Origin: an uncultured Flavobacteriales bacterium
Lineage (GTDB): Bacteria; Bacteroidota; Bacteroidia; Flavobacteriales; UBA7430
Length of the DNA stretch: 36,110 bases
Direction: 5' to 3'
Assembly (NCBI GenBank): GCA_913041775.1
Contig: CAJWJW010000001.1
Span: 1-36,110, forward strand
Below, piece by piece: positions 23,560 through 33,125 of the stretch. The translations under genes and the position numbers were made by a program. Each line of letters begins with the position of its first letter. Position 1 is the stretch's first letter. Under the pieces are notes generated by a model. It was not told the origin of the DNA and made no database searches. It saw only the letters and a program-made list of their open reading frames with translations.

Positions 23560-24504
23560 GTGGAGAAACTACAACTATCTATCTGTATACCTCTGTTTAA
23601 CGAGGCCGAATCACTTCAAGAACTTCACTCATGGATAACACGAGTGATGGTGAAACATTCTTTTACCTACGAAATAGTTTTTGTAGATGATGGAAGTACT
23701 GATAATTCATGGGAAATTGTTGCTAATCTAGCTAAAGACGATAGTTCTGTAAAAGGAATTAAATTTCGCAGAAATTATGGTAAATCTGCGGGGCTTTATG
23801 TAGCTTTCGAAGCTGCTAAAGGAGATGTTATTATTACCATGGACGCAGACTTACAAGATAGCCCTGAAGAAATAGCAGAGCTCTATAGAATGATTAAGGA
23901 AGATGGATTACACCTTGTTTCGGGATATAAAGAAAAGCGATTTGACCCCTTAACAAAAACAATCCCTACAAAACTATTTAATTGGGCTACTAGAAAAATG
24001 TCTGGTATAACTTTAAACGATTTTAATTGTGGCTTAAAGTCCTACGACCATAAAGTAGTTAAGAGCATTGAGGTTTACGGCGAAATGCATCGTTATATTC
24101 CCGTATTAGCTAAATGGGCTGGATTTGATAAAATTGGTCAAAAGGTTGTACAACACCAAGAAAGAAAATATGGTGTTACTAAATTTGGAATTGAACGTTT
24201 TATAAACGGATTCTTAGATTTATTCACAGTTATGTTTATTTCTAAATTTGGTAAAAAACCAATGCACCTTTTTGGATTAATGGGTGTTTTAAGCTTTGCT
24301 ATTGGTTTTGCAATTGCTACCTATTTAGTTTTTGCTAAACTTATGTGGCAAGCTTATAATATGACAGATAGACCTTTGTTTTACTTTGGGATGTTAGCTA
24401 TGATAATTGGAGCACAATTATTCATGACTGGCTTTATAGCAGAATTAATTGCTCGTTCTAACACCGATCGCAATAAATATATTATAGAAGACCTTCTGAA
24501 TTAA
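23560..24504 (+). CDS. Family 2 glycosyltransferase, polyprenyl-phosphate sugar transferase type (GtrB/ArnC/DPM1-like), GTG start
   Basis: 314 aa. LSICIPLFNEAESL, FVDDGSTDNS, ITMDADLQD (DxD), and two C-terminal TM helices. There is an in-frame stop immediately upstream of the GTG, and the first ATG would remove the conserved N-terminus. Confidence 0.88.
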   Translation: MEKLQLSICIPLFNEAESLQELHSWITRVMVKHSFTYEIVFVDDGSTDNSWEIVANLAKDDSSVKGIKFRRNYGKSAGLYVAFEAAKGDVIITMDADLQDSPEEIAELYRMIKEDGLHLVSGYKEKRFDPLTKTIPTKLFNWATRKMSGITLNDFNCGLKSYDHKVVKSIEVYGEMHRYIPVLAKWAGFDKIGQKVVQHQERKYGVTKFGIERFINGFLDLFTVMFISKFGKKPMHLFGLMGVLSFAIGFAIATYLVFAKLMWQAYNMTDRPLFYFGMLAMIIGAQLFMTGFIAELIARSNTDRNKYIIEDLLN

Positions 24505-24509
24505 TATTA

Positions 24510-25631
24510 TTGGAAAAGAAAAAAATTATTCTCATTGGTCCTGCATTTCCTCTACGTGGAGGTATTGCAGATAGTAACCATTCCTTAGCTTTAGCTTTAC
24601 AGCACTTAGGACACGAGATAATTATGCTTTCTTTTTCGATTCAGTACCCTTCTTTTTTATTCCCAGGAAAGACTCAGTTCGATTTTAAGTGCGTTAAACC
24701 ACCTATAGAAATTCATACATCTATAAATTCTGTAAATCCATTATCTTGGATTAAAACAGCTTTATGGCTTCGAAAACAAAAACCTGACCTGATTATTACC
24801 AGATTTTGGATACCCTTTATGGGTGCAGCTTTAGGTTCTGTCTTAAAGTTCTCGCGTTTAAAAAGTAGTACCCCACTCATTGCTTTATGTGACAATGTTA
24901 TCCCACATGAAAAGAGAATGGGCGACCGATTATTAACCTCCTATTTTCTTAAAGCAAATAATCAATTTTTGGTGATGTCTAAGTCTGTAGGGAAAGACAT
25001 CAATAAATTCATTAAGAGTCCAAAAGTTAATTTCCATCCACATCCTGTGTATGATCAATTTGGAGATTTACAAGAAAAAAATACTGCATTAAAGAGCTTG
25101 AATCTTGATCTCGCTAAGAAATATATTTTGTTTTTTGGATTTATCAGAAGGTATAAAGGACTCGATTTATTGATTGAATCTCTACCTTCAATAAATGATA
25201 ATGTTGAATTAATTGTTGCTGGCGAGTTTTATGAATCTAAGCTAGATTACACAAATTTAGTCCAACAATTAGGCTTAAGCGCTAGAGTTCATTTTCATGC
25301 AGATTTTATTCCTCAAGAAAAAGTTGCTACTTTTTTCTCTGCTTGCGACATCTTAGTTCAACCATATAGATCTGCTACACAGAGTGGTGTTGCTCAAATT
25401 GCTTATCATTTTAATAAACCTATTTTGGTGACTAATGTTGGTGGACTACCAGAAATAGTTCCTCATAATAAAGTAGGTTATGTAGTGGAGGTAGACCCTA
25501 CCGAAATTTCATTAGCCATTAATGATTTTTATGATAATGATAGAGAATTAGAGTTTATAGAAAATGTAAAAGAGGAAAAGAAAAAGTATTCTTGGATTAA
25601 TATGGCTAGTCAAATCATTAACACATTATAA
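24510..25631 (+). CDS. Group 1 (GT4-like) glycosyltransferase, TTG start
   Basis: 373 aa. C-terminal GT-B signature region (FFGFIRRYKGLDLL, ILVQPYRSATQSGV, GGLPEIV). Confidence 0.82.
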   Translation: MEKKKIILIGPAFPLRGGIADSNHSLALALQHLGHEIIMLSFSIQYPSFLFPGKTQFDFKCVKPPIEIHTSINSVNPLSWIKTALWLRKQKPDLIITRFWIPFMGAALGSVLKFSRLKSSTPLIALCDNVIPHEKRMGDRLLTSYFLKANNQFLVMSKSVGKDINKFIKSPKVNFHPHPVYDQFGDLQEKNTALKSLNLDLAKKYILFFGFIRRYKGLDLLIESLPSINDNVELIVAGEFYESKLDYTNLVQQLGLSARVHFHADFIPQEKVATFFSACDILVQPYRSATQSGVAQIAYHFNKPILVTNVGGLPEIVPHNKVGYVVEVDPTEISLAINDFYDNDRELEFIENVKEEKKKYSWINMASQIINTL

Positions 25632-25681
25632 CATCTACTGCGTAGTATAAATTAGTATATTTAGCCTCTTAAAATTAGATT

Positions 25682-28600
25682 ATGAAATTGAGAAACCTAT
25701 TTGCTAGTTTACTATTAATACCTTCATTCCTTTTTGCTCAATCGTTTAATGTTGAGTCAGAAGTTGAAGCCTATTTACAAAAAAACAGCACCAAGCTTGC
25801 GTTAAGTCAAAACGACTTTCAAGACTACTCTATTTACAGAGATTATTATAGTAAGCAAACACATTTGCAACATGTTTTTTTACAACAAAACTATTCTGGG
25901 ATACCTATACATAAAGCAGAAATCCGCTTACATTACAGAGAAGACAAAGGTTGGATGCAAACGCAGAATACTTTTGTTTCGGATCTAGAAAACCAACAAG
26001 TATTTAGCCAAACAAGCTTAAATCAAATTCAAGCTATTGAATCTGCTTGTAGAATTTTAGAAATCGACTATTCTAAACCGAATAGAATTTCCAAAAATAA
26101 CGAAACGACATCTCTTTATTCTGCAGATTTCTCTATTGATGCAATCCCAGTGAAAGAAGCGTACTTTGAAATTAATAATACACTCAGAAAAGTATGGGAT
26201 TTAACAATCTACGAAAATGATGCTACCGATTGTTGGAATGTACTTGTTGATGCAACTACAGGAGAAATACTACGTAAGTATAACTGGGTTCAACACTGTT
26301 CGTTTAATTCTACTGCAGACTGTAGTCATGATAATCACGATAAAGTTTTAGCTATTGAAGAGTTTATTGCAACTCCTGTAGTCGGTCCTTCATATAATGT
26401 ATTTGCTATTCCATTAGAAAGTCCTTCACATGGGGATAGAACCATGGAGGTTTCTCCTAGTAATGCAGATGCGTCTCCTTTTGGATGGCACGACACTAAT
26501 GCTTTAGAAGGCCCCGAATATTATATTACTAGAGGAAATAATGTACACGCCTATTCTGACCTTACAGACTCTAATACGCCTCAAGGTGATGAACCTACTG
26601 GTGGCTTCGATTTGGTTTTCGATTATCCTTTCGATGCTATGACAGAACCAGATCAGAATCTTGATGCAGCTACGGTAAACTTGTTTTATATGGCTAATAT
26701 GATGCACGATGTTTGGTATCACTATGGATTTGATCCTGCTTCGGGTAATTTTCAATTCAATAACTATGGTGAAACTGGTTTTGGAAACGATTATGTACTT
26801 GCACAAGCTCAAGATTCAAGTGGTATTGATCAAAATATAGCCTTAAACAATGCCAATTTTATGACTCCAAACGATGGGTCTAACCCAGTCATGCAAATGT
26901 ATATTTGGGATAAACCAGCAAATCCATTTGATTTATTTACGGTTAATTCTCCTGAGCAATTTGCAGGAGTTTACGAAGTTTCACCGACAACAGATTGGGC
27001 TGGAGAAATCACCAGTATTCCTCTTACTGCTGATATTGTTCCTGTAGACGATGGCTCGGCATATGGTATAGAAGGCTGTGGTGAGATATTAAATGATCTA
27101 ACCGGGAAAATTGCACTTGTTAGCCGTGGTACTTGCGAATTCAGTACAAAGGCATTAAATGCTCAAAATGCTGGAGCAATTGCTGTAATTATTTACAATA
27201 ATGTGGGAGGTATTATTGGAATGGCTGCAGGTGTTGATGCTGCTGAAGTGACTATTCCTGCTGTTTTTATGGGGAAATATAATGGAGATGAGTTTTACAA
27301 TTACCTGTTGGGTGATGGTGTTATAAATGCAACCTTTGTTAACAACTCACCTCCAGGTCCTTCTTATTTAGATGGCGACTTTGATAACGGTATCATTGCA
27401 CACGAATATGGTCATGGAATCTCTTCTCGTTTAACTGGTGGAAACTGTTTATACGGAGACGAACAAGCAGGTGAAGGTTGGAGTGATTTCTTCGGTTTAG
27501 CAATGACTTCAAAAGTAGGCGATACAGGAGCAATGTCTCGTGGAATTGGAACCTATGTTTCGGCAGAGAATAACGATGGTAGAGGAATACGTTCTTATCC
27601 ATATAGTAGAGATATGGGCTTAAACCCTATGACCTACGATAATATTATTACTGAGTCTGTGCCTCATGGTGTTGGTTCTGTTTGGGCTACTATGATTTGG
27701 GATTTATACTGGAATTTCACGGATTTATACGGTTACGATACTGATAGATACAACGGTACTGGAGGTAATAATATGGTAATGCAATTGGTAATTGATGGTT
27801 TGAAATTACAACCTTGTAATGCTAATTTTACAGAAATGAGAGATGCCGTAATTCTGGCAGATGAATATTTATACAACGGAGAAAATGCTTGTATGATTTG
27901 GGAGACTTTTGCTCGTAGAGGATTAGGTTACTCTTCCAATGCTGGTTCTGCTGACGATAGAGGCGATGGAATTGAAGCATTTGATAATATTCCTGAATGC
28001 ATTAAAACTTTAAAGATTGTTAAGTCTGCAATTGCTGATGCTAACTCTTCTGATGACTTATTATACACTTTAAGCGTATACAATCATACACCTGATTCTG
28101 CTATGGCTGTATATATTGTTGATACTTTACAAGCTGATGTGTCTTTTATTAGTGAGTCTGCTACCTGTGATGCACAAATAGAAGGGAATGTTTTAACCTT
28201 TACACTAGGCGATATGCAAACTGGGGAATCGATAGAATGTTCTTACTCAGTGAGTCCAAACGAAAACTTGTTTAGTGAAGTTATTTTCGAAGATGATATG
28301 GAAGATGATGACTATTACTGGATAACGTGGGCAGACGAAGGTTTTGACCCAGAATGGGCTTTAATAGATTTTGAAGCTAATAGTGGTGAGTATGCATGGT
28401 ATGCTCCAAATGTTGATTACCGCACAGTTTCTTACCTAGGCTTAGAGCCATTCACAGTAGAAGGAAACGCTCCTACTTTAAGTTTCTGGCATCAATACAG
28501 TACGGAAGCTAGTTACGATGGTGGTTATATTTCTGTTTCTACAGATGAAGTAAACTTCGAACAAGTGAGTTCAAGTATTATTAGAGGCCATTATAGAGGT

Positions 28601-29167
28601 GTTTCTCAAGCATCGCCTCCTCTAGGTGGTATTAACTCTTTCTGGGGTAACAGTGATGGTTTTGTAAATACTTTGGTTGATTTATCTAACTATATGGGCG
28701 AAACAATTACCATCCGTTTTACTTATGTTACAGACGATGGCAATTCTACTGAAGAAGTAGAAGGTTGGACTATTGACGATGTACGTATTATAGATCGTTT
28801 CCAAGTTGAAAATACGGCTTGTGTTTATAGTGCAAGCTCTTCAGATCTCTCTTGCGATAATGTTTCTGATGGTGGTACACTTATGTTCGATCATTACGGA
28901 GTTTCTGTAGATGAAGTCGAAGAAGTTTCTTTCGCACATCTATACCCTAATCCTTCTAAAGATGCATGTACTATTTCTTTAGCTGGACTTTGGTCAGATG
29001 ATGTACAAGTGGTTATTTACGATGTACAAGGGAAAGTAGTTTTAAACGAAATACAGTCTAATTTGAATTTCACTATCCAAACAAAAAACTTCGCAAATGG
29101 TTTATACTTTGTTGAACTTAACGATGGAAGTAATAAATTAATGAAAAAACTTACCGTTGTTCATTAA
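25682..29167 (+). CDS. M36 (fungalysin-type) zinc metalloprotease with PA domain, extra beta-rich domains and a T9SS type-A C-terminal sorting domain
   Basis: 1161 aa.
- Signal peptide, then an N-terminal propeptide-like region.
- HEYGHGISSRLTGG plus EGWSDFF, the M36 zinc site.
- PA-domain stretch GKIALVSRGTCEFSTKALNAQNAGAIAVIIYNN.
- C-terminus LYPNPSKD...VVIYDVQGKVV...GLYFVELNDGSNKLMKKLTVVH, a canonical T9SS CTD. Confidence 0.9.
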   Translation: MKLRNLFASLLLIPSFLFAQSFNVESEVEAYLQKNSTKLALSQNDFQDYSIYRDYYSKQTHLQHVFLQQNYSGIPIHKAEIRLHYREDKGWMQTQNTFVSDLENQQVFSQTSLNQIQAIESACRILEIDYSKPNRISKNNETTSLYSADFSIDAIPVKEAYFEINNTLRKVWDLTIYENDATDCWNVLVDATTGEILRKYNWVQHCSFNSTADCSHDNHDKVLAIEEFIATPVVGPSYNVFAIPLESPSHGDRTMEVSPSNADASPFGWHDTNALEGPEYYITRGNNVHAYSDLTDSNTPQGDEPTGGFDLVFDYPFDAMTEPDQNLDAATVNLFYMANMMHDVWYHYGFDPASGNFQFNNYGETGFGNDYVLAQAQDSSGIDQNIALNNANFMTPNDGSNPVMQMYIWDKPANPFDLFTVNSPEQFAGVYEVSPTTDWAGEITSIPLTADIVPVDDGSAYGIEGCGEILNDLTGKIALVSRGTCEFSTKALNAQNAGAIAVIIYNNVGGIIGMAAGVDAAEVTIPAVFMGKYNGDEFYNYLLGDGVINATFVNNSPPGPSYLDGDFDNGIIAHEYGHGISSRLTGGNCLYGDEQAGEGWSDFFGLAMTSKVGDTGAMSRGIGTYVSAENNDGRGIRSYPYSRDMGLNPMTYDNIITESVPHGVGSVWATMIWDLYWNFTDLYGYDTDRYNGTGGNNMVMQLVIDGLKLQPCNANFTEMRDAVILADEYLYNGENACMIWETFARRGLGYSSNAGSADDRGDGIEAFDNIPECIKTLKIVKSAIADANSSDDLLYTLSVYNHTPDSAMAVYIVDTLQADVSFISESATCDAQIEGNVLTFTLGDMQTGESIECSYSVSPNENLFSEVIFEDDMEDDDYYWITWADEGFDPEWALIDFEANSGEYAWYAPNVDYRTVSYLGLEPFTVEGNAPTLSFWHQYSTEASYDGGYISVSTDEVNFEQVSSSIIRGHYRGVSQASPPLGGINSFWGNSDGFVNTLVDLSNYMGETITIRFTYVTDDGNSTEEVEGWTIDDVRIIDRFQVENTACVYSASSSDLSCDNVSDGGTLMFDHYGVSVDEVEEVSFAHLYPNPSKDACTISLAGLWSDDVQVVIYDVQGKVVLNEIQSNLNFTIQTKNFANGLYFVELNDGSNKLMKKLTVVH

Positions 29168-29193
29168 TCCTGTTGTTTAAAACCTAATTTTTT

Positions 29194-29226
29194 AAATGCC
29201 ACCGAAATTCGGTGGCATTTTTGTTT
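29194..29226 (+). terminator. Rho-independent terminator after the M36 protease gene
   Basis: Stem aaatgccaccg (29194-29204) / cggtggcattt (29210-29220) with loop aaatt, followed by a T-rich tail. Confidence 0.8.
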
Positions 29227-29237
29227 TTGCTATATTT

Positions 29238-29509
29238 ATGAAAAATCAACTTTATATTTTACTGGTATTTCCTCTGTTCTTTATTCTTCTTGTGAGTAGG
29301 TTACTTATAGTAGTTACGACTGTATTTTAAATGTTAGTACTCCAGTTGTTGATAACCCTTAATATTTAACATTTCCTGACTATCAAAGTGATTGTTCAGA
29401 TTATTCAAATATTCAGATTGGAGCAATTTATCAAAGTGGATTTATTTTCTATATAAACGAAACTGGTGATCATGGCTTTGCAGCGACCACCAATAATCAT
29501 AAAAGATAA
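29238..29509 (+). pseudogene. Degraded 5' remnant of a small lipoprotein gene (DUF1566/Lcl-like N-terminal motif)
   Basis: ATG 29238 opens a 30-codon signal-peptide-like ORF that stops at 29330. A lipobox-like LYSSC sits in another frame. Frame 2 (29363-29509) reads ...IGAIYQSGFIFYINETGDHGFAATTN..., has no start codon, and resembles the G.I.QGGIVFY.D.TG.HGL motif of intact homologs (recollection). Confidence 0.4.
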
Positions 29510-29573
29510 AATACAAAATGCCGAAGCTTCATTCTGAGAAAAAGTATCTTTATATTTACCAAAACTTCTATTT

Positions 29574-30260
29574 ATGCGCTTAGTTATTCTAACAGTACTT
29601 ATTTGTACCACTTTCCTTTCTGCACAAAATCATGCTGACGAAAACGGTTTAAAACAAGGTCTTTGGTCTAAAGATTATCCTTGGGGTTCTCCTCGTTATG
29701 AAGGAGCTTTTGAAGACGGTAAAGAAATTGGCTTGTTTAAGTTTTACGATCAAAACGGGAAAATTGTATCCCAAAGAAATTATGAAATAGCGGGTGGAAT
29801 TGCCACAGCTGTAATGTACCTTCCTAAAGGTGGCGTAGAAGCTTTAGGAAAGCTAGATGGAAAAAACAAAATAGGAGAGTGGAAATATTTCAGTACCAAA
29901 GGATATTTAGTTTCTACAGAAAACTATAATAAGGGTTTAAAAGATGGTTTAGAAAAAGTGTTCTATTCTGATAGTACTACAGCCGAAGTAACTAATTGGA
30001 TTAAGGGAGTAAAGAATGGTTCTTGGGTTAAATATAACACCAACGCTAAGGTATTACAGAAATCAAATTATGTATCCGGACAATTACATGGGCAAAGTAC
30101 TTCGAACCACCCCTCCGGAAAGACAAAAATTGCCGGAAGCTACAAGAAAGGACTTAAAAATGGGAAATGGTTCTACTTTGCTGAAAGTGGTGTTCAAGTG
30201 AAAATGGAAATCTATGAATTTGGAGACCTTATAGAGACTAAAACCAAGTTTGAAGAGTAA
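29574..30260 (+). CDS. MORN-repeat-variant / YwqK-family protein, secreted
   Basis: 228 aa. Signal peptide ending FLSAQ. Repeated G.K.G.W..Y..(N)G units (GLKQGLWSKDY, GKEIGLFKFYDQNGK, NKIGEWKYF, GLKDGLEKVFY, GVKNGSWVKY, GLKNGKWFYF). Confidence 0.8.
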   Translation: MRLVILTVLICTTFLSAQNHADENGLKQGLWSKDYPWGSPRYEGAFEDGKEIGLFKFYDQNGKIVSQRNYEIAGGIATAVMYLPKGGVEALGKLDGKNKIGEWKYFSTKGYLVSTENYNKGLKDGLEKVFYSDSTTAEVTNWIKGVKNGSWVKYNTNAKVLQKSNYVSGQLHGQSTSNHPSGKTKIAGSYKKGLKNGKWFYFAESGVQVKMEIYEFGDLIETKTKFEE

Positions 30261-30332
30261 GGTTTATTTTAATTATTTAGCTTCTAAAAATTATAAAAAC
30301 ACTTTCTTGAACTGTTTTAATACAATCAATTC

Positions 30333-31280
30333 ATGACTAAAAACAGAATTACACAACTATTCAATATAGAACTTCCAATTATTCAGGCCGGAATGATTTG
30401 GTGTAGCGGATGGGAATTAGCTTCTGCTGTTAGTAATGCGGGCGGCCTAGGTATTATTGGCGCTGGCTCTATGTATCCTGAGATTTTAAGAGAACAAATA
30501 CTTAAATGTAAAGAGGCTACCAATAAACCGTTTGCTGTAAATCTACCTTTACTATACCCAAGTATAGAAGAGCATGTTCAAACAATTATCGAACTTAAAG
30601 TACCCATTGTTTTTACTTCTGCTGGTTCGCCTAAAAAATGGACTCCACTTTTTAAGCAACACGGAATAAAGGTAGTTCATGTAGTTTCTAATGTGATGTT
30701 TGCACAAAAATCTGAAACCGCTGGAGTAGATGCTATTGTTGCTGAGGGATTTGAAGCTGGTGGACATAATGGAAGGGAGGAAACGACCACAATATGTTTA
30801 ATTCCTTTAGTAAGTGATGCAGTTAATATCCCTGTAATTGCAGCAGGTGGTATAGGGTCTGGTAGAGCTATGGCAGCAGCCTTTTCTTTAGGTGCTGAAG
30901 CAGTTCAAATAGGATCTCTTTTTGTGGCGAGTCCAGAATCGTCAGCTCATCAAAATTTCAAAGATCTTATTCTAAGTTCCGCTGAAGGTGATACAGAATT
31001 ATCACTTAAACAATTAACTCCGGTGCGCTTACTTAAGAATAAGTTTTACGCAGATATACAAGAATCATTGCAACAAAACGCTAGTACTGAAGACTTAAAA
31101 GTATTACTAGGTAGGGGGAGAGCTAAAAAAGGAATGTTTGAAGGCGACTTAGTTGAAGGTGAATTAGAAATTGGTCAAATTTCATCTGCCATAAATACTA
31201 TAAAACCAGCTGCTACTATTGTCGCTGAGATTTGGACTGACTTTAATAAAACGATCCAAAAATTACAAAGCTCTTTTTAA
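30333..31280 (+). CDS. NAD(P)H-dependent flavin oxidoreductase of the nitronate monooxygenase / FabK-like family
   Basis: 315 aa. PIIQAGM, AVSNAGGLGIIG, EG.EAGGH and AAGGI..G motifs of the NMO (2-nitropropane dioxygenase) TIM-barrel family. Confidence 0.85.
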   Translation: MTKNRITQLFNIELPIIQAGMIWCSGWELASAVSNAGGLGIIGAGSMYPEILREQILKCKEATNKPFAVNLPLLYPSIEEHVQTIIELKVPIVFTSAGSPKKWTPLFKQHGIKVVHVVSNVMFAQKSETAGVDAIVAEGFEAGGHNGREETTTICLIPLVSDAVNIPVIAAGGIGSGRAMAAAFSLGAEAVQIGSLFVASPESSAHQNFKDLILSSAEGDTELSLKQLTPVRLLKNKFYADIQESLQQNASTEDLKVLLGRGRAKKGMFEGDLVEGELEIGQISSAINTIKPAATIVAEIWTDFNKTIQKLQSSF

Positions 31281-31394
31281 TCTAAACCAGAAAACAGCTT
31301 ACACAGTACTTATAAATTTTTCATCTAATTATGCCACAAAAAAATGCTTTTCAGATATTTTATCCGAAAGTCATTTTTAATTTTATAATAAATA

Positions 31395-33002
31395 CTACTT
31401 CTTCTTTTTCTCCAAAGCTTTTTTAAACTCAATAAACTCATCGTAGTCCATTAACTTATCGTGTTGTGAACTAGGCATAATTTCTAGTATACGATTAGAA
31501 ACCGATTGGATTATAGTATGATCATGAGAAGAAAAAAGAACTGTTCCTTTAAATTCTGTCATGGCATTATTAAGAGCCTGAATAGATTCTAAATCTAAGT
31601 GAGATGTAGGTTCGTTAAACATTAATAAATTCCCTTGTGCCAACATCATTCTAGATAGCATACATCTAACTTTCTCCCCCCCAGAAAGTACTCGAGCAGA
31701 TTTAAATGTTTCCTCTCCACTAAATAACATCTTCCCTAAAAACCCACGTACATACACCTCATCTTTAACTTCCGAGAACTGACGTAACCAGTCTATCAGG
31801 TTGTCATCAGTATCAAAGTACTTCGCATTGTCATTTGGTAAAAATGCTTGTGTTATTGTTTGTCCATAAGAGAAAGTACCCGATGTTGCTTTTCGTGTAC
31901 CATCAAGAATACCATACAATGCTTCTAGAGCTAATTTGTTTTCTGCTAATAAAGCAACTTTATCTCCTTTATTAACTTTGAAGTTTAGGTTTTCGAAAAG
32001 TAGAACTCCATCATCTGTATGCGCACATAAATTCTCTACTTCTAATATCTGATCTCCAGCCTCTCGCTCTTGGTCGAATATAATTGCAGGGTATTTACGA
32101 CTAGATGCTTGAATGTCGTCGAGGTCAATTTTTTCTAGTAATTTTTTACGACTAGTTGCTTGCTTACTTTTAGAAGCATTTGCGCTAAAACGAGAAATGA
32201 ATTCTTGTAATTCTTTACGCTTGTCCTCTGCTTTTTTGTTGGCTGACGATCGCTGACGTAATGCCAACTGACTCGACTCATACCAAAAAGAGTAGTTACC
32301 CGTGAATAATTTAATTTTCCCAAAATCTATATCTGCTATATTGGTACATACAGTATCTAAAAAGTGACGGTCATGCGAAACTACGATTACTGTATTCTTA
32401 AAGTTTAATAAGAAATCTTCTAACCACTCAATCGTTTTTAAATCTAAATGATTGGTAGGTTCATCGAGGATTAACACATCAGGATTACCGAATAGAGCTT
32501 GAGCTAATAATGCTCTTACTTTTATACTACCGTCAAAATTATTCATTAATTTATAGTGTTCTTCGGCAGGAATACCCAATCCACATAACATGTTAGATGC
32601 ATCAGATTCTGCATTCCAACCATTCATTTCTTCAAACTCAATTTCTAAATCTGCAGCGACTAAACCATCTGCTTCATCAAAATCGGGCTTTGCATAAATA
32701 GCATCCTTCTTTTGAATTAATTTCCACAACTCTTGATGACCCATTATAACCGTGTTTAAAACCGTTTCTTCATCGTATTTAAAGTGGTCTTGACTCAAAA
32801 CAGCCATCCTTTTTCCAGGCTCTAAACTTACCTGTCCAGTATTTGCTTCCATTTCCCCAGAAAGAACTTTTAGGAAAGTAGATTTACCAGCACCATTGGC
32901 GCCGATCATCCCATAGCAGCGTTCGCCGTGGAATTTCACATTTACATCGTCGAATAATATTCTTTTTCCAAATTGTATGGAAATGTTTGTTGCAGAAATC
33001 AT
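31395..33002 (-). CDS. ABC-F family ATPase, YbiT-like, with a degenerate second nucleotide-binding site
   Basis: 535 aa with two ABC domains joined by a basic linker (RFSANASKSKQATSRKK).
- NBD1 is canonical (GANGAGKST, LILDEPTNHLD).
- NBD2 lacks a P-loop (LLAENKLALEA) and has NEPT instead of DEPT.
- NBD2 keeps LSGGEK and SHD. Confidence 0.9.
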   Translation of the reverse strand: MISATNISIQFGKRILFDDVNVKFHGERCYGMIGANGAGKSTFLKVLSGEMEANTGQVSLEPGKRMAVLSQDHFKYDEETVLNTVIMGHQELWKLIQKKDAIYAKPDFDEADGLVAADLEIEFEEMNGWNAESDASNMLCGLGIPAEEHYKLMNNFDGSIKVRALLAQALFGNPDVLILDEPTNHLDLKTIEWLEDFLLNFKNTVIVVSHDRHFLDTVCTNIADIDFGKIKLFTGNYSFWYESSQLALRQRSSANKKAEDKRKELQEFISRFSANASKSKQATSRKKLLEKIDLDDIQASSRKYPAIIFDQEREAGDQILEVENLCAHTDDGVLLFENLNFKVNKGDKVALLAENKLALEALYGILDGTRKATSGTFSYGQTITQAFLPNDNAKYFDTDDNLIDWLRQFSEVKDEVYVRGFLGKMLFSGEETFKSARVLSGGEKVRCMLSRMMLAQGNLLMFNEPTSHLDLESIQALNNAMTEFKGTVLFSSHDHTIIQSVSNRILEIMPSSQHDKLMDYDEFIEFKKALEKKKK

Positions 33003-33021
33003 AGTGCTATTTTTGAGGCTG

Positions 33022-33029
33022 CAAAGATA
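33022..33029 (-). promoter_or_regulatory. Candidate -7 box (TAtcTTTG on the minus strand) for the ABC-F gene
   Basis: The plus strand reads caaagata, whose reverse complement is TATCTTTG. It lies 19 nt upstream of the start at 33002. Confidence 0.4.
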
Positions 33030-33125
33030 TGCTTTTTAGCATTTACATCGTTTGCCATTGCTTCTAAATACAAGATGTCTTATTTTTGATTTTTCTAGAA
33101 TAAGTTTAATCTTTATCCAAAACTA

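Noticed and set aside
23022-25631. DUF4199-GT2-GT4 as a dedicated glycosylation module for the giant surface proteins.
   Set aside because: The only support is adjacency. A terminator and a separate promoter box separate these genes from the array, and the DUF4199-GT2 pairing is, as far as I recall, a common housekeeping neighbourhood in Bacteroidota.
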